From: a virus
Length of the DNA stretch: 64,000 bases
Virus record (IMG/VR): IMGVR_UViG_3300033273_000392
Span: 64,001-128,000 of that record
Direction: 5' to 3' (one strand)
The position numbers and the translations under genes were made by a program. This document shows positions 1 to 10,310 of the stretch, piece after piece; the first letter of the stretch is position 1; every line of letters starts with the position of its first letter. The notes under the pieces were generated by a model. It was given only the letters and a program-made list of their open reading frames with translations, was not told the origin of the DNA and searched no databases.

Positions 1-892
1 CAGAAAAATATACATCAAAAAAACCTACATCACCAGCGGGCGCTTCTATGATTGGACAAACATACTCTGTATTATCCCAACTAGAAGATGACGACAATGG
101 ATTAGATAAAAGCCTATAAAAATCCAAAGAAGAAACGTCGCTAATATCGGAATATCTTTGTTCAGAAATATATGTACCGGAATAGGGATCAAACGGATCA
201 AGCGGATTACTTGTTGAAACGGAATATAAAGGAAGCTGTAAGTTTACTATATCTTCTAGCGACGCGAAGGCTGACACTCCGTTTAAAAGTGGATATCTAA
301 CACTAGTAAATGGAGCTTGAACCTTAGTAGGGTCACACAGGGTTGACGGATTTACATCGTCATCGTTAAAATACCAAAGAACATTGAATAAACCATACCC
401 TACATTAGTACATGTCTTTTCAGCAGGACCATATATTGGTTCTTGTGTACTTAAACCTCCACCACTTCCCGGCTGAAAACCAATAATATCAAGCTCCCAT
501 AAACCAGTGGCATAAATAGGATCAATACCCTCTGCTAGATCAGGCCTATAGCTATAAACAGTAGGAGATGAATTAGGATACGTATAATCAGCACTATTTC
601 CAGGAGCAGGCGGAATAGCATACGGCAGTACTGGAAAACGACCCTCGGAATACCAGCCAGTCTCTAAAAGTGAACTTGAAGATGTAGATCCAGCATAAAG
701 TGCAACATTATTATTTACAAGATATTCTAGTGTTGTAACACCATTAGGATTAGAGAAATCCGGATTATAATATGCAGTAACTTGGCCTGCGAGTGGGAAT
801 GTGTTTAGAACCGATAGGCTCAACTCCCCGGGCAAAGTCCTAGGCTTAAACCAAAGCTGTATTGTAGCAACGTAGATTTGTAAATCTGCCAT
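1..892 (-). CDS. Hypothetical virion structural protein, 3'-truncated by window edge (MADLQIYVATIQLWFKPRTLPG...)
   Basis: Manually translated: ATG at 892, open frame to the window edge, not in the ORF track; preceded by GATATATA motif at 928-935. Confidence 0.75.
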   Translation of the reverse strand, partial: MADLQIYVATIQLWFKPRTLPGELSLSVLNTFPLAGQVTAYYNPDFSNPNGVTTLEYLVNNNVALYAGSTSSSSLLETGWYSEGRFPVLPYAIPPAPGNSADYTYPNSSPTVYSYRPDLAEGIDPIYATGLWELDIIGFQPGSGGGLSTQEPIYGPAEKTCTNVGYGLFNVLWYFNDDDVNPSTLCDPTKVQAPFTSVRYPLLNGVSAFASLEDIVNLQLPLYSVSTSNPLDPFDPYSGTYISEQRYSDISDVSSLDFYRLLSNPLSSSSSWDNTEYVCPIIEAPAGDVGFFDVYFS

Positions 893-946
893 ATATTAAG
901 AGGGTATTTTACTATACTTTATCTAAGTATATATCCCTCTTGAATA

Positions 947-3900
947 TCACGAAGATAGCTGTGCAGCCCTAACAGAGCTTTGATTTGAACCTTCAGCTTT
1001 GTACTTTGCGAACACCTCAATGTCAAACGAGAATTGATCGTCAGAAGAATCAAAAATATCTATACCGATTCTTTTTGCGTATGTTAGGTTCGAAACATTT
1101 CTAGACATAATTCCAGCTACTCTTCCAATATCAGATGCCGGAGTATTTCCACTAAAGTCAGTCATTCTATACTGAAATACCACGTCAATTGAAACTGCAT
1201 TATTCTCTCCGTTATTAATAGACTTAACGCCAAACTTATTGTCTCCATTAACAGATAAGTAATCCGTTCTAGTTGGTGAAAGGAATAAGAATGATCCACA
1301 TGACTTACCACCTAATAGATATTGGTCATTAGCGTCAAACGACATTTTAATAGATCTTCCACCTAGTGAACTCTCAGATCTATATGCCATTTGCGTCTTT
1401 CCTCTATTTTCATTAGATTGTAGATTAGCAGTTACAGGCATGCTATAAATCATCTCATTTACTAGAGTTTGAACCTGTCCGCTCATATTAGATACTAAAA
1501 CATTATTAGTTCCTAAGTTTGAAACGTAAGAACTGTAAAGAGTACTCACATCCGGGTGATCTTTGTGTATGAACAAAGAAGTATCATATTCTTCAGCAGA
1601 AATAGCATTAGTAACATCAACAACTAAATCTGAATATGATTCACTTAAAACGTATTCACCTACAAAACCAGCAGGAAGCTGTCCGGCATCCGAAAGATCT
1701 ACAAATCTTTGTCTTCCAAACGTACCAGACCATATATATGATGACGTGCCAGCGTCTCCAGAAACAGTAAGCAAATCTGCGCTTGCTCCACCAAACGTAG
1801 AATATGATAGAGCGTGTTCGTAATCAGAGAAATCACCCGATGCTGCATCAGTATTAACCGCACTGGCATTGTATAAAGAATCTGTGTTAGATACATCCAT
1901 GAATCTAGAGTAAATAAACTGACCTCTTTTCTGAGCAGATTGATATGGAGCCTGTTGATTAAATTCTAAACTATCTTCTGAAGAAATAGTCTGATATTGT
2001 ATAGGCACTAAATCATATTTAGCCTCGGTTGTGTAATACGTGTCGTCTGCTATATTAATAGGAATAATTCCAGATGGATCAGCACCAAACCCATTAGAAT
2101 TTGAAGTAGACTTGTATGTCGGTAAGGTTCTATCTCCTGATATTCTAGCCTTTAACTCTAGTGTAGTTGCATTAGTATTTTCAAGCATTAGCTTAAACGT
2201 TTTAGTTACAATATGTCCCTTTTTAACGCTTAGCTCGGCAACCTCATCAACATAATATCCTGCAAATATTTGGTTATTGGTATTCTTGTTAATAGTGGTA
2301 AACGTACCATCTTCATTGACAAGCTTAACCATAAGCTCACCCTTAACATCATTAATCTTTTCTTGAAGAGATGCAATTTGATTTTGAAGGTCTGCTAGTT
2401 TATCAAACAATGAAATAGGATTTTGCTCAGGAGATAAGAATCCTGATGCAATAGAAGTTGCATTATGCGTATAGTACTTTTCATTAACCGTAAACGAGTC
2501 ATCAACATGAGTGTAAACGCCTCTAGAATCAAGTTCTTCTAGAAGCTCAACCTTGGCTAACTGATTTACATTAGCATCTAAAATAGAGCTTATGTCTACG
2601 GTATCTAGATCTCCGTCTGGGAAAGAAACTCTAATAACGCTTGACCAATCTGACATTTTAGGGTTTCCAGGCCACCCTGCTTCTGAAATAGATTTAACTC
2701 TAATTTCAACCATTTCACCCGACTGAATAGGAATCTCTAGTTGGTTAAAATTAACAACTTGGCCGTCTTCAACTGCAGTATCTGCCCAGAAAAACTTACC
2801 GGTACCTTTATCTCTAAGTCTAGATCTAACCGGTGTTTCTATTTGGTTCCAATTAGAAAATATACCAGTTTTTTCAGATCCGTTATCGTTAAAGTTAATC
2901 TGTGAAACTTGAGCTGCATCTCCAGCAGTAGACAAGTATCTATACTGAATGATGAACTTAATAACGTTTTGTGGAATAGTCTCCGCAACTAGTTTAGCTT
3001 CTGGAATAGACCAGAAACCCCTAATCCTATACTTAGGCGCAACTGCAACCGAGGCAGCATCTGAAGATATAGCAGAAATTTCGTTTACGATAGATGAGTA
3101 CAATTTAACCTCAGCTGCTCTTTCGTTAGAAAGCGAAGCTAATTCGTTTTTATCTCTATCTCTTTCAATTACAGACTTATACTTTTTACTCGCTAATACA
3201 GACCTCTTCTTAGATATAGTATCATCTAATTTCTTAATAGACTCTTGTGCAGATATCTTATCAGAATTCAGCTTCTTAACAGTAGACGTAGTAGAATTCT
3301 GTGTTAGATGTGTATTAATCTGAACAACCTGGAAGTTTTCTTCTAATAGAGTAGGTGCATCTGGAGCAACTCCGTAGACTGAAGGTGGAATGTTATCTTC
3401 CTTTAAAGACCTTATAAATTGTCCAAAGTCAGCTACGTTCTGCTTATAATAATCAGAAAGTCCTATTTTGTTTCCATCTTCATCAGTGTACGTAAGTTCA
3501 TTGCTGTAAATAGAAACACCAGGAGACCAGTTTTCTGCTAAAATCTTAGAATTAGGATCGATCGGCTTTAAGAAAACAACAAATCTTTCGTCAAATCCAA
3601 CATTAATTTCTACAGAAACTGAAGAATCGTTAGACTTGTAAATCGATAATGAATCAACCCCAATTTTTACAGACTCATATCCTTCTATTTTATCAAGTTC
3701 AACTTGTCTAGTTTCAGGATAGATGTTCTTAATCTTATACTTAGTGTTCTTAAGCTGGCTATTAATCATAAGCTCATCGCCAATCTTTAAGAACTCGGTC
3801 TCAGATAAATCGTTATCTGCGTTAGTATAAGTAAGCTTGTCTAATGTATATAGTTTTACGCTTTGTCTTGTGTTTTCACCTTCAACAACTACGTCTTTTT

Positions 3901-4564
3901 GTGCAGAAGTAATAGAAGTCACGTCAAATTTACCATAGTACTCGGTATTTCTATATGGCATATCGCGTACCTCTTCATCTAAAAAGAATGGTATGTTATT
4001 CACGGATAGATCCGCAACTAAGTCGTTATATGATATTGCGTCAACTCCTTTGTAGTTATCATCAAAATGTAATACAGCATTATCTACAGATCCGTCAAAT
4101 ATAATACGCTTAACAAGAACACGTTCGGTATCTGTAGGAATCTGTCCACTAACATCAAAGCTTACAGTAAGAAGTGGTGTTAGGAAGTCCTCGAAGAAGT
4201 AGTTAGGCTTTACATCAAACTCAACAGGCCTATTAACATTTGTTAAATCACTGGCTGGTGTTTTTAAGCTTGATTTTAGTATATTCTGAAAGGACCCATC
4301 TGCTAATCTAACTTTAGCAGTGCCTTTAGATAAACCTGCTAATGCCTTAAAGTTTGCATCTAACCTAGTTAACTCACGATTCATATACCCAAATGATGGG
4401 ATATAAACAGTCTTTGTATTTCCGCTTTCATCAATGATGTCTAGGGGTACAGTCTGTCTATCAGATGTGACAGCCTCATTAATGCGATCAAATGAATTGA
4501 GTGTGTTCGCATTAATCTCTAAAAACTGTTTTATGATCGTAGAAAATGAGTTATTAGTTTTCAT
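947..4564 (-). CDS. Large virion structural protein (baseplate/tail-associated), with coiled-coil segments
   Basis: 1205 aa ORF tightly packed in the baseplate operon; no specific motif recognised. Confidence 0.55.
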   Translation of the reverse strand: MKTNNSFSTIIKQFLEINANTLNSFDRINEAVTSDRQTVPLDIIDESGNTKTVYIPSFGYMNRELTRLDANFKALAGLSKGTAKVRLADGSFQNILKSSLKTPASDLTNVNRPVEFDVKPNYFFEDFLTPLLTVSFDVSGQIPTDTERVLVKRIIFDGSVDNAVLHFDDNYKGVDAISYNDLVADLSVNNIPFFLDEEVRDMPYRNTEYYGKFDVTSITSAQKDVVVEGENTRQSVKLYTLDKLTYTNADNDLSETEFLKIGDELMINSQLKNTKYKIKNIYPETRQVELDKIEGYESVKIGVDSLSIYKSNDSSVSVEINVGFDERFVVFLKPIDPNSKILAENWSPGVSIYSNELTYTDEDGNKIGLSDYYKQNVADFGQFIRSLKEDNIPPSVYGVAPDAPTLLEENFQVVQINTHLTQNSTTSTVKKLNSDKISAQESIKKLDDTISKKRSVLASKKYKSVIERDRDKNELASLSNERAAEVKLYSSIVNEISAISSDAASVAVAPKYRIRGFWSIPEAKLVAETIPQNVIKFIIQYRYLSTAGDAAQVSQINFNDNGSEKTGIFSNWNQIETPVRSRLRDKGTGKFFWADTAVEDGQVVNFNQLEIPIQSGEMVEIRVKSISEAGWPGNPKMSDWSSVIRVSFPDGDLDTVDISSILDANVNQLAKVELLEELDSRGVYTHVDDSFTVNEKYYTHNATSIASGFLSPEQNPISLFDKLADLQNQIASLQEKINDVKGELMVKLVNEDGTFTTINKNTNNQIFAGYYVDEVAELSVKKGHIVTKTFKLMLENTNATTLELKARISGDRTLPTYKSTSNSNGFGADPSGIIPINIADDTYYTTEAKYDLVPIQYQTISSEDSLEFNQQAPYQSAQKRGQFIYSRFMDVSNTDSLYNASAVNTDAASGDFSDYEHALSYSTFGGASADLLTVSGDAGTSSYIWSGTFGRQRFVDLSDAGQLPAGFVGEYVLSESYSDLVVDVTNAISAEEYDTSLFIHKDHPDVSTLYSSYVSNLGTNNVLVSNMSGQVQTLVNEMIYSMPVTANLQSNENRGKTQMAYRSESSLGGRSIKMSFDANDQYLLGGKSCGSFLFLSPTRTDYLSVNGDNKFGVKSINNGENNAVSIDVVFQYRMTDFSGNTPASDIGRVAGIMSRNVSNLTYAKRIGIDIFDSSDDQFSFDIEVFAKYKAEGSNQSSVRAAQLSS

Positions 4565-4565
4565 G

Positions 4566-6515
4566 TTATCTTAAGATATCCACTTCAAAGGTATAATTAA
4601 TTGGGTCCATACATACTATTTCTAGGTATGGTCTAGTTGACAATAGTTCAGAAGGCGATAGTTCAGCTATAATTACATCAAAACCATTTTTAGCTCTAGT
4701 TCTTATGATGATATCATTGCCGTTCATATCTATAGTCTCAAATGAGATTTTTAGAACATGACCTTCTTTCCATTGGAATGAATTATCGTCAACATATATA
4801 TTTAGATCAGAATTAGGGTTACTTGTGAATAGATTCTGTAAACTCAGTCTATTTGTAAATGACTTTAATTGAGTCCATATACCATACTGAGTAGTTCCAG
4901 ATCCTGAGTTACCTGCATCAAATGGTTCAGACGCAGTTATCATAGAAGATCTAGAAGCATTATTAATATCCCATAGGTATGCGATATTCTTTGTGTAACC
5001 TAAAACTGAGTTGTTTACTTTAATCTTTCCAGGAACGCTCTTATCCACTTCAGTTCCCATTCCGTTGAATATAACATCAGTATTATACTGAAGCTCTACT
5101 GGAATTGTTCCATCAATAAGAGAGTTCATCTTATCATGTGCCTTTGTTATAAGCTTTAAAAGAGAATCAGAATCTTGTAACTGTATAGCTGCGTTTTCAA
5201 ACGATTGTTCTAAATCAGCAAGCCTTAATATAATTTCATCATATTCTTCACTTGCCAAAACTAATTTTTCAAGTTCCTCCATTCTGTCAGCAAGATCAGA
5301 ATATCTCTTATTAGCTCTTAAGAGCGTATCAGCCGCATTTTCTAGGATTGTACTAGTATCTAAGAACATATCCATAGAGAACGTGGTAAAGTCGTTTATA
5401 TTAGTTTCAACTCCAACATTATCTAAAGAAGTATTAAACTTTATGTTTAGCTTTAAAGAAAAAGCATTTCCGTTTAGTCCAGTTACTTCATTTGGCTTAA
5501 ACTTAATCTGTTCATGTATTCTAGATCCAGATCCAGTTGTTCCCTCGATATTATCGAGTATCATTATGCCATATAAATTAGTAGCTCTATTTTCCGGGTT
5601 TGATACACTAAATAAGTCATAGTATACTAACACTGCGTTAAATCTAAAATTGCTTCCCTTTTTTGAAAAGTCTACAAAATTAGAAACTTCTGAATCATTA
5701 ACGATTCCATGATATGACATTTCATTAAAGTCAATATGAACTGCTTCAGTATTGTTTTTATCTATATCGTAAAACGCACCACCGTCATTTCCATCTACAA
5801 GACTATTAAGATCTAAATTAGGATCTGGGTGTGTTTGTCCATCTCTTCCCTCTAGAAATTCGCCAGCATACATTCTGTTGGCGCTATTGTTATATGGCCT
5901 TTGCTTGAACAGTACGGTTGGTGTATTACCTACTGAAGAAGGTACGTTTATATAGACCTCGTGGTAAGTATTACCATTATATGCTATATCGTTCTCAGCG
6001 TCAATGCTACCTAAATATTTTACTACTCTTTCATAATTTTGCCCAGTCTGTGTAGAATCAACAGACTCTGTATAATGGTCAGCCGTTACTGATTCTGTTG
6101 AATCACTTGCTTTAAATCTAATAGCTCCTGTTTTTGCAAGCCACTTAAAAAATATCTTTTCAGCATCGCTTTGTAAAAGAACCGAATCGAAATCGTCATC
6201 TTGTAAAATTAGCTCTTCTAAGTTTAGCGCGTAGTTTTGAAGAGTCTTAGCAAACTGTACATTAGACTCTGTAATTGTAGGAGGATTGTATACTGCACCA
6301 GATGCCTCTAAAAAGTTTCCAGCAAAGTCAATCGTGTTTAATCCATTTAGAGTAGAGCTATCAGTAAAATCAGGCAAATCTAAAAGGGCATACTTAGTAA
6401 AGTCAAATTTTAAATCAGGATTATTAAAGGCACGGGTAATATCTCTTGCAGCAGATGCAAAAGCATACATAGTCCCGCCCCGAGCCTGAGGTATTCTTAT
6501 TAAAGATGTTGCCAT
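4566..6515 (-). CDS. Virion structural protein (baseplate-associated)
   Basis: 649 aa ORF, context only. Confidence 0.5.
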   Translation of the reverse strand: MATSLIRIPQARGGTMYAFASAARDITRAFNNPDLKFDFTKYALLDLPDFTDSSTLNGLNTIDFAGNFLEASGAVYNPPTITESNVQFAKTLQNYALNLEELILQDDDFDSVLLQSDAEKIFFKWLAKTGAIRFKASDSTESVTADHYTESVDSTQTGQNYERVVKYLGSIDAENDIAYNGNTYHEVYINVPSSVGNTPTVLFKQRPYNNSANRMYAGEFLEGRDGQTHPDPNLDLNSLVDGNDGGAFYDIDKNNTEAVHIDFNEMSYHGIVNDSEVSNFVDFSKKGSNFRFNAVLVYYDLFSVSNPENRATNLYGIMILDNIEGTTGSGSRIHEQIKFKPNEVTGLNGNAFSLKLNIKFNTSLDNVGVETNINDFTTFSMDMFLDTSTILENAADTLLRANKRYSDLADRMEELEKLVLASEEYDEIILRLADLEQSFENAAIQLQDSDSLLKLITKAHDKMNSLIDGTIPVELQYNTDVIFNGMGTEVDKSVPGKIKVNNSVLGYTKNIAYLWDINNASRSSMITASEPFDAGNSGSGTTQYGIWTQLKSFTNRLSLQNLFTSNPNSDLNIYVDDNSFQWKEGHVLKISFETIDMNGNDIIIRTRAKNGFDVIIAELSPSELLSTRPYLEIVCMDPINYTFEVDILR

Positions 6516-6530
6516 TTAAGCCTAGTATGA

Positions 6531-7103
6531 TTACAGTGTTATATTAGCGCCAACATGCGCGACAATGTACCACTTAGATCCAAAGAATCTTAGAGTAATA
6601 TTAGAGTTTCTATTAGGAAGAGTTACAAGCTGCGCTCCGATGTTTCCTGTGTTAGTATTCAATGCGATCTGTGCCGCAGATTCACTAATAATAGTAACCT
6701 CTTGTCCGTCTAGTCCATTTGGTAAACTAAAGTCAGCATTGACAATATATGTTGCTGCCTCAATAGAAACGATTGCATTATTAAGTGTATTTAAAGGAGC
6801 TACTGCACTTCCAACAACGCCACTTTTTCTTATGGTAGATGCAAGTATAACACCGCTGTTAAAAACAGACTGTACACCAAAAGTAGCAGTAGTAGAATTT
6901 AGTGTTGCAATCTGAGTGCCTCCGGCAACTATACTAGCAGCTTCCGTTGTAATAGACGAAAGTCCAGTGATATTAGCAGCGATAGGATCTAAAATATCAA
7001 TAACGTTTGCCAAATCGTCGTTTAGTGCAGAAAAGTTATTGTTTATAGTGATCCTTGATGAAGACAAGGAATCTGTCCCTTGGATTTCTGTAATGTTAGC
7101 CAT
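6531..7103 (-). CDS. Small structural/fibre-associated protein
   Basis: 190 aa; N-terminal 'DSLSSSRITINNNF' is typical of phage fibre N-termini; beta-rich C-terminus. Confidence 0.5.
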   Translation of the reverse strand: MANITEIQGTDSLSSSRITINNNFSALNDDLANVIDILDPIAANITGLSSITTEAASIVAGGTQIATLNSTTATFGVQSVFNSGVILASTIRKSGVVGSAVAPLNTLNNAIVSIEAATYIVNADFSLPNGLDGQEVTIISESAAQIALNTNTGNIGAQLVTLPNRNSNITLRFFGSKWYIVAHVGANITL

Positions 7104-7112
7104 CTCTTGTTG

Positions 7113-10040
7113 TTATTTTACTTTTAACATGTTTCGTTCAATTGAGTTAGTGTTACCGTTTGTATCTTCGATATCCAAGCGTATTTTGTAGTTGCCTGCA
7201 TATTGAAAGATATAAGTTAACCACATATCATCATAGTATATATCATTTACTTCTGGGTTAACTTCATTGGTAATTGTCCATTTTGCATTCTTTGCTCCTG
7301 GCATTTTAGTAATATCAGTAGATATAGTAACGTGCGTTGATTTCTCAACTTCAGCAAAGCTTCTAAATACGTTTACATTATCATACGTTGGATTATAAGT
7401 TCTTTGATGTTGAATGCCATGAATAATATTGTCTAACTCATTACCATATTCGTCAACTACCCATACTTTTTCAAAGTCATAGTGCTTAGTGTAGTTCTTA
7501 CCGACAGCAATAATATTACCTCCAAGTATTTCTTGAATTGGAACATCGTCTGGATCGTCTGGTCCTGAATTTGGGGATCCCGCAACATATCCAAATCCAT
7601 CTGCAGGTAGGCCATCTCCGTCACTATCAACAGGAAGCCAGTCTCCACCTACATTTATAAAACCGTCTCCAGTAGTATCAATAAGTACTATATTATAGTT
7701 AAACTTACTGATAACCGGATCGGTCGATTGGTTTAAATTAATAGCTAAATTTACCCAAGCTGGTAACCCTGATCCTATTGGCTCTTGTAAAAAATAATTT
7801 GAAGATATCAGATGTTGACCTTCTATTACTTCACCAGTTACAGGGTCTCTAAATCTTATTTTTAGTGTAGTAGAAGGGGGAATCAACGATGATATTCTAA
7901 AACTAGCAGCAACATCCATACCAACCCTAGTATTATCCCACCAGTTGTGTTGTCCATCAATCCACCCAAACTTACAGTTATCCCATTGATAGGGTCCTGC
8001 TGTTTCTGAATATCCGCTATATGAATAAATATCTAAGTACCTTCTAACCATAGAGGTATTTACGCTATGATTTTCATCATGCAAATAGTTTGCTCTATCT
8101 AGTGTAAGATAAAAAGTAGCTACCGCTTCATCTACTATATGTGATTTTGCATTTGGAAGATTCCAGTAACCTCCAGTAGTTGACCATGAAGACTTAGAAT
8201 CTCTCCATAATACATTATCAGTCCATGTGTACATACCATAGAGCTCTAAATCTTTTAACTTAACCTCGATTAGATCTGGTTTCTTATCATATGAACGGTG
8301 CCCAAATAGGTCATACGTTCTCATTTCTACAGAGTACATTCCATCATACGGAAGTGCAACTGGAAAAACTGCAAAGTCTTGGGTAGGTCCTCTAAATGAC
8401 TCTTCGTATCCCCTAGGCCCTGTGATAAGCCATTCTATTTCATAAACAGATCTCATCCACCAATTGTTCCACGTGACTAATAAGGCATCGTTTGCGTCAA
8501 CTGCATCATTCCAAACAAAGTCAGCATCTTCCCATGTAACACCAAATGTTTCTGTACCGTCTAGAATTATAGGGCATCCAACAGGTATATCTTTGTTAAA
8601 AGTATCTAACGGCTGGTTATAGTAGCTATTATAAAATTGTTGATACGCATCTACTAAAATGGTTCTATCTCCTATTGAAGTAACATTTCCATTAGCGTCT
8701 AATGTGTCTCCTGTTAATTCATCGTAATCGCTGAAACTAACGTTAAGCAGCCTATTATAAGTATCAGCAAGAGTAATATCTGTATCGTCGTATAAGTCTC
8801 TTAAGACGACTGCAAAGTCTTCTATAAATAAGTCTCTTCCCTCAGGGACAACCTTAAACTTTATGTCTATGCCTTCTGAAAAATATCCTATGGCATTTTG
8901 ATTGTTCCAGATATTTAGATTTTTTTGAGTAAAGTAATCTCCTTCACCGACAATATCTACGATTTTTGCACTTAACGGAAGATATTCCCTCTGAAGCTTT
9001 TCTTTTAAGCCATATAGTTTTATAAGAACTTCTTCTGGAGTAAACTCTAAAACTTCATCTACTTGTGGAATGTCCCAATAATCAAACTCACCGTTTGGTA
9101 CATTAATCTTGTAGACTAGGCTAAATCTGCTTGTCTTTTTTAACGTAGAAGAAGGAAGCTCGATCATCATTCCCTTTCTTTGGAGCTCGCCGTACTTTGA
9201 TGAGTTAGGAACTGGAATCGCTTTTAACTTACCAAAGGAAGTAGCTGATTCATCTATATTCAACCAATACTCTTTTAGGGTTATATTATTATACCCAAAA
9301 AAGTCAATTGCATTTAAAATAGCCTTATAGGTTCCTACAAATGGCTTTATCTCGTGTAGATTAAGAAGTAACTCTTTTCTTTTTTGATTCAAAAGAACAT
9401 AGTCTGGCGCCATCTCAGTAATATCATGCTCCTTAAACAGGATAAAGTCATTATCATCTAATGTAGCTCCTAGGTTTTCAAGAAGACTTCTTAGTCTTTC
9501 ATCTTCACCTTCGACTTCGCCATAAAACTTAATGCGAGCAACTAAGGTTTCAACATCACCTGTAAATTCGTAGATTTCAAGGTTTCTATGGTGCCTTCCT
9601 TCATCGTGTGAACTTATAGCTATATTAACCTGAAGGGCAGCATTGTTTATCTGACCAGGTCTTATAGCTTTACGGATTTCAGAATTAACTGCACCAAAAA
9701 CTTGATCAGTTTCAAAATCCATAGATGGCTTTACATCAATATGATATTTGTCATCTTTAAATGTAGTACCATAAATGAAAATATCATCTGAGGTATCAAA
9801 CGCATCGTTCCATCTAAAACTTAGAGTAGTTCCAGAAGAAGAATTTGCTAAAGGATAGTTTAAGAATGTTTCAGAGCCTTGTAGATTTGTAACCTCTTCC
9901 ATTATGAAAAGGTTTACTGTCTCATATAGTCCAGTAGAAACAGGATCAAAGTGTACTGTGCCAGTAAATACGCCATCGTCTCCTTGAACAAGGTTTAAAT
10001 CGCATTCGGTACCTCTAAAGAATTTTAGAAAGTTGTACAT
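7113..10040 (-). CDS. Baseplate wedge-like protein
   Basis: 975 aa; 'GTYKAILNAIDFFGY...LKEYW' resembles the tail-I/wedge motif; follows the gp6-like gene; PKD-like C-terminus. Confidence 0.55.
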   Translation of the reverse strand: MYNFLKFFRGTECDLNLVQGDDGVFTGTVHFDPVSTGLYETVNLFIMEEVTNLQGSETFLNYPLANSSSGTTLSFRWNDAFDTSDDIFIYGTTFKDDKYHIDVKPSMDFETDQVFGAVNSEIRKAIRPGQINNAALQVNIAISSHDEGRHHRNLEIYEFTGDVETLVARIKFYGEVEGEDERLRSLLENLGATLDDNDFILFKEHDITEMAPDYVLLNQKRKELLLNLHEIKPFVGTYKAILNAIDFFGYNNITLKEYWLNIDESATSFGKLKAIPVPNSSKYGELQRKGMMIELPSSTLKKTSRFSLVYKINVPNGEFDYWDIPQVDEVLEFTPEEVLIKLYGLKEKLQREYLPLSAKIVDIVGEGDYFTQKNLNIWNNQNAIGYFSEGIDIKFKVVPEGRDLFIEDFAVVLRDLYDDTDITLADTYNRLLNVSFSDYDELTGDTLDANGNVTSIGDRTILVDAYQQFYNSYYNQPLDTFNKDIPVGCPIILDGTETFGVTWEDADFVWNDAVDANDALLVTWNNWWMRSVYEIEWLITGPRGYEESFRGPTQDFAVFPVALPYDGMYSVEMRTYDLFGHRSYDKKPDLIEVKLKDLELYGMYTWTDNVLWRDSKSSWSTTGGYWNLPNAKSHIVDEAVATFYLTLDRANYLHDENHSVNTSMVRRYLDIYSYSGYSETAGPYQWDNCKFGWIDGQHNWWDNTRVGMDVAASFRISSLIPPSTTLKIRFRDPVTGEVIEGQHLISSNYFLQEPIGSGLPAWVNLAINLNQSTDPVISKFNYNIVLIDTTGDGFINVGGDWLPVDSDGDGLPADGFGYVAGSPNSGPDDPDDVPIQEILGGNIIAVGKNYTKHYDFEKVWVVDEYGNELDNIIHGIQHQRTYNPTYDNVNVFRSFAEVEKSTHVTISTDITKMPGAKNAKWTITNEVNPEVNDIYYDDMWLTYIFQYAGNYKIRLDIEDTNGNTNSIERNMLKVK

Positions 10041-10309
10041 TATCTTATTCTCTTATCGTCTTTTTTAACTGTAAAGTTCTTATATACCTTTAGATACCTA
10101 ACAGCGCTTATTGTATTGTACAAATAGTCGTTTATAAAAGAAAGAAAAGTAAACATAGTATCATTTCTCTGGATATGACTTGATACGTTATCGTTTATTA
10201 ACGTGTCTTTATAGTCATGGCCTAGATTTAGCCTATTGTCCTTTCTCGCTTTCTTTATGTCATATAACTTAACGAGCTTGTATTTTAATAAGTCCTGAAA
10301 TAGATTCAT
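10040..10309 (-). CDS. Hypothetical protein (baseplate operon)
   Basis: 89 aa, translationally coupled to neighbours. Confidence 0.6.
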   Translation of the reverse strand: MNLFQDLLKYKLVKLYDIKKARKDNRLNLGHDYKDTLINDNVSSHIQRNDTMFTFLSFINDYLYNTISAVRYLKVYKNFTVKKDDKRIR

Positions 10310-10310
10310 A